Part shown: piece after piece, positions 50,732 through 61,193 of the stretch | Numbering within the stretch: position 1 is the first letter of the stretch | How the letters are laid out: every line of letters begins with the position of its first letter | DNA from: an uncultured Thermotogae bacterium | Lineage (GTDB): Bacteria; Bipolaricaulota; Bipolaricaulia; UBA7950; UBA9294 | DNA: 64,000 bases | Assembly: GCA_964570515.1 (NCBI GenBank) | Contig: CAZMYM010000003.1 | Coordinates: 24,697-88,696, forward strand | Direction: 5' to 3' | Made by a program: the position numbers and the translations under genes | Notes under the pieces: generated by a model | Database searches by the model: none | Seen by the model: only the letters and a program-made list of their open reading frames with translations | Told to the model about the DNA's origin: nothing

Positions 50732-52906
50732 ATGAGGAGACGGTTCGGGATCGGGGTGTTCTTTGCATTCTCGATCATGGCGTTGCTTCCCGTTGTGGCG
50801 GCGGCTTTCCCGGTGACAGTCCATGATATCGCGTTCGAGGGTCTGGTCGAAATCCGCGAGAGAGACGTCCTTGAGGTCGTCGGATTCGCTGTCGAAGACG
50901 AGGTTCGTGAGTCCGACCTCAAGAGCGCTTCGCAGGCAATATACGATCTTGGCTGGTTCCGTGAGGTGCTGCCTGAGGTTGTCAGCGATGGAGAGGTTGT
51001 CTTCCACGTCGCTGAGTATCCCGTGATCGAGGAGATCGAAATCACGGGAAACGTGAACACGCGCTCCTACGGTCTTCTTGGCGTCGAACTCTTCCGCTTC
51101 CCGATCATGTCAACGACGAGGATCAAGGTGATCCTGCGCCGCTTCGACATCAAGAAACGCAAGGTTCTCAACCGCGCGTCGCTCGATGAAGGGCTGAAAG
51201 AGATTCTCGCCGAATACAACAAGCGCGGCTACGTGCTCGTCGGCGTCGGGGAGACCACCTTGAGCGGGCACCTGTCGATCGAATTCGTGGAGGGGCAAGT
51301 CGTTGGGAATCGCATCAGCGGATTGAGAACGGTTCCCGCCGAAATCGCCAAAGAGATGGTCGATCTGCCCGTGGGCGAGTTCCTCTTGCAGATGGACCTT
51401 CAACGTGCGGTGCGCCGGGCGGGGACATCCGTTCTCTTCTCCGACGTCGAGGTCGTGCCGGAGCCGGGCGGTGCAGCAGACGAAGTCATCCTTCACTGGA
51501 CGTTGACGGAGCGTCGCTTGATCGACGAGCCGGCCGACATCGACAAGATTGAGCTTGAAGGCGTCAACCAGTTTCCTGCGGAGACTGCACATGGCTTGCT
51601 GGGCGACATTCCGGCCGGTCCGGTCGACAACTACGAGCTACTGCGGATCGTCGAGGAGCTGTACAATCGCTACCAGGATGCCGGCTACGTGATGGTTCGA
51701 CTCTCCTCTGCAGGAGTTGAGAACGGGCTGCTACGCCTACGCGTGGATGAAGGCGAAGTCTCTGAAGTCCTCCTCTCGGGGAACACGAAGACGCGAGACC
51801 ATGTCGTTCTCCGAAACCTCAAGATCGAAGCCGGCGACGTCCTCACGCGCAGATTGCTGCAGACAGCGTACCAGCGACTGTCCTCGTTCGGGTACTTCAG
51901 CACCATCGAGCTGCTGCCGGAGTGGGCGGATGACGGCGTTCGCCTCGCGGTGATCGTCACGGAGAAGCGCGATCTAGGAGGGATGAGCGGGACGCTCGCA
52001 GTCGAGCCAAGCTCGGGTGGGATCGTGGGGGAGCTGTCGATCGATCAGAAGAACCTGCTGGGGACCGGGCAAAACCTGTCGCTCAGCTACAGCCGCGGGT
52101 TCTCGAGCGAAGTGGAGCCGATGACGAGTTCATGGACATTGGGCTACAGCTCCGTCGCGTCGTTTCCTGGGTTCGATCGAGTCGGCGTCGACCTGTACCG
52201 GTCGATCCGCGAAGTCGAGGCGGGAGAGGTCGACGAGGAGTACGTCACCGTCGGAGGCGAGGTTTCGTTCGATTATCCTGTCGCTGACTACACGGACGCC
52301 TCGATATCGTATAAGCACGAGGACGAGAGACAGGCTGGAAACGAAGACTGGACGTCGATCGACTCCGTCGGACTGGCTCTCATGTACAGCAATGTCGACG
52401 ATCCGTATTTCCCGACGAGTGGGTACAGACGCAACGTCTCTATTGAGAAGGCGGGAGGATTCGCTGCGGGGGCGGACTACACCAAGCTCGGGCTGCTGTG
52501 GATCCGGTTCACACCTGCTCACAGCGCTCTCTTCGGCGACCTCGATCAGACGGTAGCGGTGCGCCTCAAGGCTGGATGGGGGAACGCCGACCTACCGTCC
52601 ACACAAGCGTTTCTTCTGGGCGGTCCAACGACCGTTCGGGGAACGGAAGCGAAGAACGTGTCCCGAATGTTCGTGACCAATCTCGAGTATCGGCTAGAGC
52701 TCACGGAGGGGTTGGTGTTCACGACGTTCTTCGATGCGGCCCTTGACGTGGACTCGGTTCGTATTGCCGACGCCCTGGCATCGACGGGGTTTGAGTTTGG
52801 GATCAACGCGGCCGGGATCTACGTACGTCTCGAGTTTGTGTGGGTCATCAGAGAGGACATGGATTGGTACCCCGTGTTCGATTTCGCGTTCGGCCCGATG
52901 TTCTAG
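50732..52906 (+). CDS. bamA: BamA/Omp85 family outer-membrane protein with POTRA domains
   Basis: Signal peptide, several POTRA-like repeats (SGNTKTRDHVVLR), NLLGTGQ, GGPTTVRG, C-terminal F.FG..F. Confidence 0.85.
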   Translation: MRRRFGIGVFFAFSIMALLPVVAAAFPVTVHDIAFEGLVEIRERDVLEVVGFAVEDEVRESDLKSASQAIYDLGWFREVLPEVVSDGEVVFHVAEYPVIEEIEITGNVNTRSYGLLGVELFRFPIMSTTRIKVILRRFDIKKRKVLNRASLDEGLKEILAEYNKRGYVLVGVGETTLSGHLSIEFVEGQVVGNRISGLRTVPAEIAKEMVDLPVGEFLLQMDLQRAVRRAGTSVLFSDVEVVPEPGGAADEVILHWTLTERRLIDEPADIDKIELEGVNQFPAETAHGLLGDIPAGPVDNYELLRIVEELYNRYQDAGYVMVRLSSAGVENGLLRLRVDEGEVSEVLLSGNTKTRDHVVLRNLKIEAGDVLTRRLLQTAYQRLSSFGYFSTIELLPEWADDGVRLAVIVTEKRDLGGMSGTLAVEPSSGGIVGELSIDQKNLLGTGQNLSLSYSRGFSSEVEPMTSSWTLGYSSVASFPGFDRVGVDLYRSIREVEAGEVDEEYVTVGGEVSFDYPVADYTDASISYKHEDERQAGNEDWTSIDSVGLALMYSNVDDPYFPTSGYRRNVSIEKAGGFAAGADYTKLGLLWIRFTPAHSALFGDLDQTVAVRLKAGWGNADLPSTQAFLLGGPTTVRGTEAKNVSRMFVTNLEYRLELTEGLVFTTFFDAALDVDSVRIADALASTGFEFGINAAGIYVRLEFVWVIREDMDWYPVFDFAFGPMF

Positions 52907-52911
52907 GATAC

Positions 52912-52940
52912 GTGACGCGACCAGCGGGGACCCCTATAAT
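52912..52940 (+). promoter_or_regulatory. Internal sigma70-type promoter upstream of the ompH-like gene
   Basis: GTGACG-17 nt-TATAAT. Confidence 0.5.
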
Positions 52941-52980
52941 CTCACGAAGTGCCAACGGACGATGAACAAGGAGGAATAGC

Positions 52981-53724
52981 ATGTCGCGAAGTGTGTTGTA
53001 CGTAGCTGGGCTCGCGTTGATCCTCGCTGTCGGAGCGTTGATCCTGCAGTTTGCTCTTCCGTCAGCTGGAGGCGGAGACGACGGGCGACTCGCGACGCTC
53101 GAGCAACGCGTCAATGCCCTTAGCCAGCAGGGCGCCGGAGCGGAATTCAGGATCGCGTATCTGGATGCGGAAGCAGCCTTCACGGTCTTCCTCGAAGTGA
53201 CCGCCGATTTGAGGGAGCGCGCAAACGACAAGGCCCTTGAGATCAGCGATCTTCAGAACGAGTACGCAGCGAGCACGATCTCCAGAGACGAGTATCAGCA
53301 GCGCGCGAACGAGTTGCAGGCCGAGTTGCTTGACGCCCAACTGACGATCGACATCAACGCTCTGGATCGGATGATCGCCTCGGATGACTTCGCCGATATT
53401 CGCCCGAAGCTCGAGGAATGGAAGGAGACCGCGCAGCTTCTCGCCAACGAGGTCAAGAACATCGTGTCGATGGCGAAAATGGGCGTTGCGGATCCCCTTG
53501 AGTATCAGAGTCGATACACGACGGCCAAGAACGCTTTCACGCAGTTCGACCAGGGTCTGACGCAAGCAGCGACGCTGAAAATCGTGCAAGTCGCTCAAAG
53601 GATCGCGGTCGAGCAAGGCTTCGACATGGTCCTGCGGGTGAAGAACGTCCTCGTCTATCGGAACCCGCTTTCGCTGGTCGACATCACCGATGAGGTGAAG
53701 TCCGTGATCTCGAGTTACCTGTAG
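52981..53724 (+). CDS. OmpH/Skp-like periplasmic chaperone
   Basis: RIAYLD, long coiled coil, IAVEQGFDMVL, VDITDEV; follows bamA. Confidence 0.78.
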   Translation: MSRSVLYVAGLALILAVGALILQFALPSAGGGDDGRLATLEQRVNALSQQGAGAEFRIAYLDAEAAFTVFLEVTADLRERANDKALEISDLQNEYAASTISRDEYQQRANELQAELLDAQLTIDINALDRMIASDDFADIRPKLEEWKETAQLLANEVKNIVSMAKMGVADPLEYQSRYTTAKNAFTQFDQGLTQAATLKIVQVAQRIAVEQGFDMVLRVKNVLVYRNPLSLVDITDEVKSVISSYL

Positions 53725-53736
53725 GTAGGTCGAAGC

Positions 53737-54180
53737 GTGCCTGCCTGCGACCTCGAAGGGATTCGCGCGCGGATACCGCTTCGATATCCGTACTTGATGA
53801 TCGATCGGATCATCGAGGAAGAGGAAGACCGCGTCGTCGCGTTGAAGAATGTCACGGTCAACGAGCCGTTCTTCCAGGGGCATTTCCCGGAGCCCCTGGA
53901 AGCGGTGATGCCAGGGACTCTTATCTTAGAGGCGATGGCGCAGACGACCGCCTTCCTCGCGGTGCAGGGGAGCGAGGGAGGTACGGAGGAGACGATGGGA
54001 TACCTTGTCGGCATCGAGAGGGCCCGTTTCCGCCGCAAGGTGATCCCCGGGGACCAGCTTCGCCTCGAAGCGCGCCTCGTCCGCCGAAGACGAGGCCTGT
54101 TGCAGGCGGACGTGGAAGCATCCGTGGACGGCGAAGCGGCGGCCACAGCGACGGTCTCTCTCCTTGTTGGGAGCGAGTGA
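53737..54180 (+). CDS. fabZ: 3-hydroxyacyl-ACP dehydratase
   Basis: RYPYLMIDRI, KNVTVNEPFFQGHFP, MPGTLILEAMAQ, VIPGDQL. Confidence 0.93.
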   Translation: MPACDLEGIRARIPLRYPYLMIDRIIEEEEDRVVALKNVTVNEPFFQGHFPEPLEAVMPGTLILEAMAQTTAFLAVQGSEGGTEETMGYLVGIERARFRRKVIPGDQLRLEARLVRRRRGLLQADVEASVDGEAAATATVSLLVGSE

Positions 54181-54186
54181 CCGTCT

Positions 54187-55074
54187 GTGATCGAGTGCGT
54201 CCCCAATCTGAGTGAAGGGCGCAACCTCGACACGGTCGAGCGGATTGCCGACGTCGTTCGGAACGAAGGCTGTCACGTTCTCGACATTCACGTCGACGCA
54301 GATCACAACCGCTCTGTCCTGACGATTGTTGGAGCGCACGAAGACGTCGTTCGCGGGATCGTCTCGATGGTCGAAGCCGCAATCCCGCTCATCGACATGC
54401 GACGTCACGAAGGCGTGCACCCACGGATCGGTGCGGTCGACGTCGTGCCGTTCGTCCCACTCCAATCCTCTTCCCTCGTGCAATGCGCCGCTGCGGCCAA
54501 GGAGGCGGGCGCCGCGATCGGCGAGACCTTGGAGATCCCCGTCTACCTCTATGAGGCGGCCGCGACACGTGCTGAGTTCCGCAATCTGGCTGACGTGCGG
54601 CGAGGTGGTCTTCGCGGGCTGACCGAGCGAATCGAATCCGGCGCCGGGCTTCCGGACTTCGGACCGGCGCACGCCCATCCGACCGCGGGGGCGGTCGCGG
54701 TCGGGGCGAGAGACTTCCTTGTCGCCTACAACGTCAACTTGGAGACCGACGATCTTAGCGTCGCACGTGCTATCGCATCGGCGATTCGCGCGGCAAGCGA
54801 CGGTCTCCCGGGCGTGAAGGCTCTGGGGATTCCGCTTCGCAGCCGCGGACTGGTCCAAGTGTCGATGAATCTGACCGACGTCGAAGCCACATCGGTCGCG
54901 GAGGCGTTCGGACGGGTGGCCGAGCTGGCTGATTGGCACGGCGTCCGGATCCTGGAGAGCGAGATCGTCGGGCTTGCCCCGCGCGTCGCACTCCGAGAAG
55001 CCACCACCGAGGAGCTCCTGCTGACACGAGATCTTGCCGACCTCGTTCTTGAGGAGCGAATCGAGGCACGATGA
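54187..55074 (+). CDS. ftcD: Glutamate formimidoyltransferase
   Basis: IECVPNLSEGR, DADHNRSV, H.GVHPRIGAVDVVPFVP, ARDFLVAYNVNL, VQVSMNL. Confidence 0.92.
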   Translation: MIECVPNLSEGRNLDTVERIADVVRNEGCHVLDIHVDADHNRSVLTIVGAHEDVVRGIVSMVEAAIPLIDMRRHEGVHPRIGAVDVVPFVPLQSSSLVQCAAAAKEAGAAIGETLEIPVYLYEAAATRAEFRNLADVRRGGLRGLTERIESGAGLPDFGPAHAHPTAGAVAVGARDFLVAYNVNLETDDLSVARAIASAIRAASDGLPGVKALGIPLRSRGLVQVSMNLTDVEATSVAEAFGRVAELADWHGVRILESEIVGLAPRVALREATTEELLLTRDLADLVLEERIEAR

Positions 55075-56405
55075 GTCTCGACGTCGGTGGTCTGCGAATC
55101 CGCCGGCCTCTCGTGCTCGGCTTCGGCGTCACAGGGAGAGCGGTCGTCGAGTTTTGCCTTCGTCGCGAGCTTCCTGCGTTGGTGAGCGAAGCGCGCCGGC
55201 TGACCGACGACGAGCGAGCGTGGCTGACCGACCATGGGATCGCATTCGAAGAGAACGGCCACACGGAGAGGCTCCTCTCCAACGCAGACGTCGTTGTGCT
55301 GAGTCCAGGCGTACCGGCCGGCCATCCCGTCCCGTCCGCGGCGCGGGACGCTGGAATCCTCGTTCTCTCGGAACTGGATTTCGCTTCGTCGCAGGCCTTC
55401 GGGGTCCCGATCGTCGCCGTCACAGGCACCAACGGAAAGGGAACGACCGTCACCTTGATCGACGCCATCCTGCGACGCACAGGATGGCGCACGCGTTTGG
55501 GCGGTAACATCGGGACGCCGTTCATCTCGCTCGTCGAAGGGATCGAAGACTGCGACGCCGTGGTTCTCGAAGCGAGTAGCTTCCAGCTCGAACAGAGCGA
55601 GCTGCTCCGGCCACGCGTGGGCGCGCTGCTCAATCTGACCCCCGATCACCTGGACCGGCACGCAACCATGGCTGCCTACGCGGAAGCCAAAGGAAGGCTC
55701 TTCCGCCTGCAAGACCACGAAGACGTTGCGGTCGTGCCCTCCGGCCTCCGAGACCGGGACGTCTTCCGGCAGGGGAAGGGGCGAAGGATCTTGTTCGACG
55801 CGCCGCCTCTGGCGCTTCCAGTGGGGACTGAGCTGCTGAGTCCTCACAATCGCGAGAACCTCGCTGCGGCCGTCTCCTGTGTTTCTTCCCTCGACCCGAC
55901 CTTCGATGGACGGGCGCTCGCCATCGACTCGCTTCAAGATGCATTCTCGCTTCCGCACAGGATGGAGGAGATCGGCGCCGTCAACGGTGTGCGCGTGATC
56001 AATGACTCCAAGTCGACAAACGCGAACTCGACCGTCGCTGCACTGCGGGCAATCGATGCACGCACGACTTCGCTCCTCGGGGGTCGCCACAAGGGAGCGG
56101 GCTACACCGCGCTCGCGCGGGAGATTCTCTCACGCGACGTCCAACAGGTCGTCGTTTTCGGCGAGGCCGCCTCGTACTTCGAAGATCTGTTCGAGAACGA
56201 GGGCATCACGACGATGCGGGCATCATCCATGGAGGAGGCCGTCGCGCTCGGGCTTGCCGGAGCGCGGTCGGGGGACGTACTCCTCTTCTCGCCTGCGTGC
56301 TCCAGTTTCGATGCGTTCAGGAACTACGCCGAAAGGGGAGAGGCTTTCGTCCGCGCCGTCCGCGCCTGCTCGGGATTCGTCGAGCGAACGGGCAAGGACG
56401 CCTAG
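55071..56405 (+). CDS. murD: UDP-MurNAc-L-Ala--D-Glu ligase
   Basis: VLSPGVP, AVTGTNGKGT, GGNIG, EASSFQL, LNLTPDHLDRH, NDSKSTN, LFSPACSSFD.F.NY.ERG. Confidence 0.93.
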   Translation: MSLDVGGLRIRRPLVLGFGVTGRAVVEFCLRRELPALVSEARRLTDDERAWLTDHGIAFEENGHTERLLSNADVVVLSPGVPAGHPVPSAARDAGILVLSELDFASSQAFGVPIVAVTGTNGKGTTVTLIDAILRRTGWRTRLGGNIGTPFISLVEGIEDCDAVVLEASSFQLEQSELLRPRVGALLNLTPDHLDRHATMAAYAEAKGRLFRLQDHEDVAVVPSGLRDRDVFRQGKGRRILFDAPPLALPVGTELLSPHNRENLAAAVSCVSSLDPTFDGRALAIDSLQDAFSLPHRMEEIGAVNGVRVINDSKSTNANSTVAALRAIDARTTSLLGGRHKGAGYTALAREILSRDVQQVVVFGEAASYFEDLFENEGITTMRASSMEEAVALGLAGARSGDVLLFSPACSSFDAFRNYAERGEAFVRAVRACSGFVERTGKDA

Positions 56406-56521
56406 CCCGCTCCGAAGAGACACGTGTCATTCACCTAGACCCCCAACCGTCGGCAACGCTGAAACCCTATTCCTTTCGCTGCCGGGAGATCTGCCGTATC
56501 GAATAAGACGCGTGGGTTCAC

Positions 56522-57634
56522 ATGATCAACGTACGACGGAGCGTGGGCGTGAGCGGACGGGTCGATCGCAAGGCAGCGCTGATCACGGCACTGCTCCTTC
56601 TCATTGGGCTGGTGATCCTCTACAGCGCGAGCGCGCCCTTCTCTCTCAAGCACTACGGCAGCGATACATACATGCTTTTCAAGCAATTCCTGGCGGCAAT
56701 TGCTGGAATCGCCCTGCTGCTGTTCTTCTCTTGGTTCGATTATCATCGGCTTGCCGCGATCAATGACGTCCTGTTCCTCGGCGCCATCGGATTGACGCTC
56801 CTCACGATACTTCCGCTCGGCATCGGCGAAGGCCGATGGCTCTGGGTCGGGCCGTTCGCCCTCCAGCCAACGGAGCTGCTCAAATTTGCACTGATCATCT
56901 ACCTCGCAGCAGCGATCTCACGAAAGCGAGAGTCGATTCGGTCGTTTCGACTCGGCGTTCTTCCATTCATCGCTGTGCTCGCGCTCCTCGGAGGCATCGT
57001 CTTGAACCAACCCGATCTCGGGATGCTCCTCGTCTACGGAGCGCTGACGATAGCGATGCTGTTCCTCGGCGGCGCGAATGCATGGCATCTGGCTTCGATC
57101 GGAGGTGCGAGTCTTCCACTCGTGGCCCTTGCCATTTGGTTCGCACCGTACCGATTCGCGCGGATTCTCTCTTTCCTCGACCCTCAGGCGTACAGCACAT
57201 CATCCGGATACCAGACGATCCAATCCCTCATCGCCGTGGGGTCGGGCGGCGTTCTCGGCAGAGGCCTCGGCGCATCGCGCGCGAAGCTGTTCTATCTTCC
57301 GCAGGCACACAACGACTTTATCCTGTCCGTTGTGGCCGAGGAGGCGGGGCTCTTGGGCACGCTCGCCGTCCTAGGCCTGATCGGCCTCCTTGTGTGGCGC
57401 GCGTTCGTCGTCTCGGAGCAAGCTTCGGACCGATTGGGACAGCTCCTTGCACTCGGGATTGGCTTCGTCATCGGCTTCCAGGCATTGCTCAACGCTGGCG
57501 TGGTGCTCGGACTCCTCCCCGTAACGGGGCTCACGTTGCCGTTCTTCAGCAACGGGGGATCCTCGTTGTTGGTGACGCTCGCAATGGTCGGTGTCCTGCT
57601 CAATGTATCGAGGCGGGGAACGGTGACGGGATGA
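56522..57634 (+). CDS. ftsW: SEDS protein FtsW
   Basis: QPTELLK, QPDLG, GYQ..QS..A.GSGG..G, LPQAHNDFI, GLTLPFFSNGGSS. Confidence 0.92.
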   Translation: MINVRRSVGVSGRVDRKAALITALLLLIGLVILYSASAPFSLKHYGSDTYMLFKQFLAAIAGIALLLFFSWFDYHRLAAINDVLFLGAIGLTLLTILPLGIGEGRWLWVGPFALQPTELLKFALIIYLAAAISRKRESIRSFRLGVLPFIAVLALLGGIVLNQPDLGMLLVYGALTIAMLFLGGANAWHLASIGGASLPLVALAIWFAPYRFARILSFLDPQAYSTSSGYQTIQSLIAVGSGGVLGRGLGASRAKLFYLPQAHNDFILSVVAEEAGLLGTLAVLGLIGLLVWRAFVVSEQASDRLGQLLALGIGFVIGFQALLNAGVVLGLLPVTGLTLPFFSNGGSSLLVTLAMVGVLLNVSRRGTVTG

Positions 57635-58758
57635 GGGTCCTCTTCGCGGGTGGAGGCACAGGAGGACACGTGTATCCGGCGCTGGCAATGATCGATGAGC
57701 TGCGGCGATGGGATCCTGATGTCAAAGTCGGATACGTCGGAACGCGTCGCGGACTTGAGGCACGGATCTTGCCGGGGCGGCAAGACGTTCGCTTCTTCCC
57801 GATCCACGTTCGCGGCCACTCGCGTGGTCGTTTCCTGTCAGCCGTTCGGACGCTGATGCGCCTTGCCATCGCCATGATCGAGACGATCGGTGTGCTCATT
57901 TGGTTTCGTCCGCAGGTTGTCGTCGGCGTCGGCGGGTATAGCTCCTTTCCTCCGGTCTTGCTTGCTTCGTTGCTGGGCCGGATTCTGCCGATCCGAACGA
58001 TGATTCACGAGCAGAACGTCGTCGGCGGACTGGCAAATCGTTTGCTCTCCCGCTTTGTCGACCTCGTGATGACCTCGTTTGATGAGACGGAAGCGTCGTT
58101 TCCCAACGCGAGAAGGCTTGTCGTGACGGGGAATCCGATTCGCGAAGAACTGCTCCATGTGAAACGCACCGACACCTCCTACGCCTTGTTCGGCCTCGAC
58201 CCCGCAAAGCGCACCATCCTCGTCTACGGAGGATCGAAGGGGTCGGCGGAGATCACCGAGCAAATCCGGATCGGGAAACACAGCATCGGGGCGAGTCGCG
58301 AACTGCAGATCCTTCTCATCACCGGCGACGCCCGCCGAACGGCGGCGCTTCGTGGAGAGATGCGCGCGGCCGGGATCGGGAACGTCGTGATCGAGACGTA
58401 CGTCGATCGCATGGGCGACGCGTTCGCGGTCGCCGACCTCGTTGTTTGTCGAGCCGGCGCGACGTCCCTTGCGGAGATTACCGCGTGCGGGAAGGCATCG
58501 ATTCTCGTGCCCTGGCGCGATGCGGCCGACGATCACCAGTGGGCGAATGCGCTGGCATTTCGGGACGAAGGGGCTTGTACGGTTGCGGGGCAGGACGTTA
58601 TCGTTCGGCACGGGTTGGTGAGACTTATTCAACAGTTAGCAGACGACGAGGCGGCACTTGCTCGCATGGCGGACAGTGCACGCCGAAACGGACGGCGAGA
58701 CGCGAGGACCGCAGTATTGGGTGAGATGCGAACGCTGATGAGGGGGGTACGCGTTTGA
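57631..58758 (+). CDS. murG: Lipid I N-acetylglucosamine transferase
   Basis: GGGTGGHVYP, GGYSS, HEQN, VTGNPIR, RAGA, DHQWANA. True start is ATG 57631. Confidence 0.94.
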   Translation: MRVLFAGGGTGGHVYPALAMIDELRRWDPDVKVGYVGTRRGLEARILPGRQDVRFFPIHVRGHSRGRFLSAVRTLMRLAIAMIETIGVLIWFRPQVVVGVGGYSSFPPVLLASLLGRILPIRTMIHEQNVVGGLANRLLSRFVDLVMTSFDETEASFPNARRLVVTGNPIREELLHVKRTDTSYALFGLDPAKRTILVYGGSKGSAEITEQIRIGKHSIGASRELQILLITGDARRTAALRGEMRAAGIGNVVIETYVDRMGDAFAVADLVVCRAGATSLAEITACGKASILVPWRDAADDHQWANALAFRDEGACTVAGQDVIVRHGLVRLIQQLADDEAALARMADSARRNGRRDARTAVLGEMRTLMRGVRV

Positions 58759-60155
58759 TCGAATCGGAGAAGCGCTACCACTTCGTTGGGATCGGCGGGG
58801 TCGGAATGAGTGGTCTTGCGTCGGTCCTGCTGGCAGACGGGGCCGCGGTCTCCGGCTCCGATCTCAGGGAGTGCCAAGAGATCAAGACGCTTCGACAGGC
58901 GGGGGCGGCGATCGAACTGGGACACCATCCGCGCCACGTCGATCGGCCACTCGACGGCGTCATCGTCTCCTCGGCGGTTGCCACAGACAACGTGGAAGTC
59001 ATCGCGGCAAAGAAGCGTGATGTCCCCATCGTCTTCCGCCTCCATGCGCTGGCGTCCTTGCTGGAGCGATATCGAAGCGTCGGCATTGCAGGCACACATG
59101 GGAAATCCACTACGTCAGCCATGACGGCGACGATTTTCCGCGAGACGCGGCGCGATCCGAGCTTCCTGATCGGTGCTCAGTGCCCCGCGCTCGGTGGGAA
59201 CGCACATCTCGGAACAGGAGACTGGTTCGTCGCCGAGATCGACGAGAGTGACGGTCTGTTCGTCGCGGTTCGTCCGACGATCGCCGTGGTCACGAACATC
59301 GGGAAGGATCACCTCCAAACCTATCGAGGACTCGAAGAGATCGAACGGGCGTTCGGACACTTCGTGGCGCAAGCGGAGCGACCGGTACTCGCCGTGGATG
59401 ATCCGCACGTGGCCAAGCTCGCGCGAACCGTGCCGCGAGCGATGACAGTCGGACTGAACGATTCGGCGCGACTGCGGGCGGTGAACGTCCGCCACCTGCA
59501 GTTCACGATGACCTTCGACCTTGTCCTCGATGAGCGACATGTGACGTCCGTCCGTCTTCGCGCACCCGGAGAGCACAATGTACGGAACGCGCTCTGTGCC
59601 CTTGGGGCTGCCCACGTGGCGGGCATCGACCTTCGAGAGGCGTCCCACGCTCTGGAATCTTTCGCACTTCCGCATCGGCGGTTCGAGTTGCTCGAGGAGA
59701 ACGGCGTTACTGTGATCGACGACTACGCGCATTTGCCCGAGGAAGTGGAAGCGACGCTGAGCGCCATCCGAGCCGGCTGGCCGAATCGTCGCGTTGTCGC
59801 CGTCTTCCAACCTCACCGGTACTCGCGGACACGTGACTCGGGAGACGATTTCGGCTCCGCATTCTCGCAGGCTGACGTAGCAATCGTGACGGAGATCTAC
59901 CCGGCGCGCGAGTCTCCCCTTCCCGGCGTCACATCGCAACTCGTCGTCGACGCGATTCGGTCGATGACGAGCGCTCAAGTCCATTCGATTCCTGACAAGG
60001 AAAGCGTCGTCGCGTTCCTCGAGGCGAGCATCAGACCTGGCGATTTCATTGTCAGTTTCGGTGCTGGTGACATCTGGACAGTCACGGAGGAGCTGGCGAC
60101 GTTCTTGACCGAGGGCCGATTCCTGGAATCGCAAAGACAGACTCCTTCGGAATAG
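58755..60155 (+). CDS. murC: UDP-MurNAc--L-alanine ligase
   Basis: HFVGIGGVGMSGLA, GTHGKSTTS, EIDESDG, DDYAHLP.E, FQPHRYSRT, GAGDI. Confidence 0.95.
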   Translation: MIESEKRYHFVGIGGVGMSGLASVLLADGAAVSGSDLRECQEIKTLRQAGAAIELGHHPRHVDRPLDGVIVSSAVATDNVEVIAAKKRDVPIVFRLHALASLLERYRSVGIAGTHGKSTTSAMTATIFRETRRDPSFLIGAQCPALGGNAHLGTGDWFVAEIDESDGLFVAVRPTIAVVTNIGKDHLQTYRGLEEIERAFGHFVAQAERPVLAVDDPHVAKLARTVPRAMTVGLNDSARLRAVNVRHLQFTMTFDLVLDERHVTSVRLRAPGEHNVRNALCALGAAHVAGIDLREASHALESFALPHRRFELLEENGVTVIDDYAHLPEEVEATLSAIRAGWPNRRVVAVFQPHRYSRTRDSGDDFGSAFSQADVAIVTEIYPARESPLPGVTSQLVVDAIRSMTSAQVHSIPDKESVVAFLEASIRPGDFIVSFGAGDIWTVTEELATFLTEGRFLESQRQTPSE

Positions 60156-60382
60156 CACAATCTCCAGTCCTAGTCTCGCGTTGACGTGCCTTGAGGCCGC
60201 ATCCGAAGCAAACCTCACGTATGCTCAGTATGCTCCTTCATCCCCCGATCTCGCATCGCGGGTGAAATGCCGCAGTAGGTCGGCGGTCGGCCTTCCGATG
60301 GAAACAGCTACGAACCCGCAGGATCTTGCCTAATTCATCGTTCCGAAACGCGGAGCGAAGAGCGCTGAGATCTGCAAGACAA

Positions 60383-60411
60383 TTGACATTGCGGCACAAA
60401 AGCTGTATAAA
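60383..60411 (+). promoter_or_regulatory. Near-consensus sigma70 promoter for ftsQAZ
   Basis: TTGACA-17 nt-TATAAA. Confidence 0.75.
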
Positions 60412-60452
60412 GATCGGACGTTTCGCTCGTTCCAGAGTGAGGTCAGTGACGG

Positions 60453-61181
60453 GTGAAGGAGGGGAAGGACAGGCGGAGAGCTGTTTTTTGCACTGTCGTC
60501 GTAGGGGGGGTTCTGATTTCTGCTGCCGCCATCACTCTATATGCGCCGTGGCTAGGCTTCTTTGGCCTTCGTCAGATCAGCGTCTCTGGGAACCAGCATG
60601 TCTCGGCTGAGGCAATCGGGCGGGCGGCCGGAGTGCAGCATGGTCTTCCGTTGTTGACGATCTCGCTTTCCAAGGTTTCAGCTCGAGTAGCTTCTTTCCC
60701 TTGGGTTCAACATGTTTCAGTGAGTCGGTCGTTTCCGCACGGATTGCGTATTCGAGTTGAGGAACGATCCCCGATCGCTTGGATTCGTCTTCCCGACGAT
60801 GGAGCATGCCTCACCGTGGGTGAGGGAGGCGTGATCGTGGCCTCGGAGTGCGTGAGCCGAGCCTCGACCGTTGAGCTGCAAGGGGCGGCCCTATCAGGCA
60901 TTACGCCGGGGGAACGCCTGGCCGACGAGCGGATCGTCGACCTCATTGAGGCTCTGCGCGCGACGAATCTATCCGACATGAACATCCAGCGGATCGACGT
61001 TACCGATCCGTCTTCGATTGTCCTGGATACGGAGCCGGGCCTTCGGGTCCTGCTGGGGACGATCGATTCGCATGCACGGCGAGTCGATGCACTCGCTGCA
61101 TTGAGTCGTACGATCGACCTCGGCGAGTACCGAGTCATCGATCTGCGGCTCGAGGGGGAAGCTACACTTGTGACCTGGTAA
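60453..61181 (+). CDS. ftsQ: Cell division protein FtsQ/DivIB
   Basis: N-terminal TM, POTRA (ISVSGNQHV..PWV..VSVSRSFPHGLRIRVEER), IDLR; lies before ftsA. Confidence 0.85.
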   Translation: MKEGKDRRRAVFCTVVVGGVLISAAAITLYAPWLGFFGLRQISVSGNQHVSAEAIGRAAGVQHGLPLLTISLSKVSARVASFPWVQHVSVSRSFPHGLRIRVEERSPIAWIRLPDDGACLTVGEGGVIVASECVSRASTVELQGAALSGITPGERLADERIVDLIEALRATNLSDMNIQRIDVTDPSSIVLDTEPGLRVLLGTIDSHARRVDALAALSRTIDLGEYRVIDLRLEGEATLVTW

Positions 61182-61193
61182 GGCGGTGAAGAG

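Noticed and set aside
60156-60382. murB remnant or ncRNA between murC and ftsQ
   Set aside because: No recognisable MurB fragment or RNA family; only a promoter can be supported.
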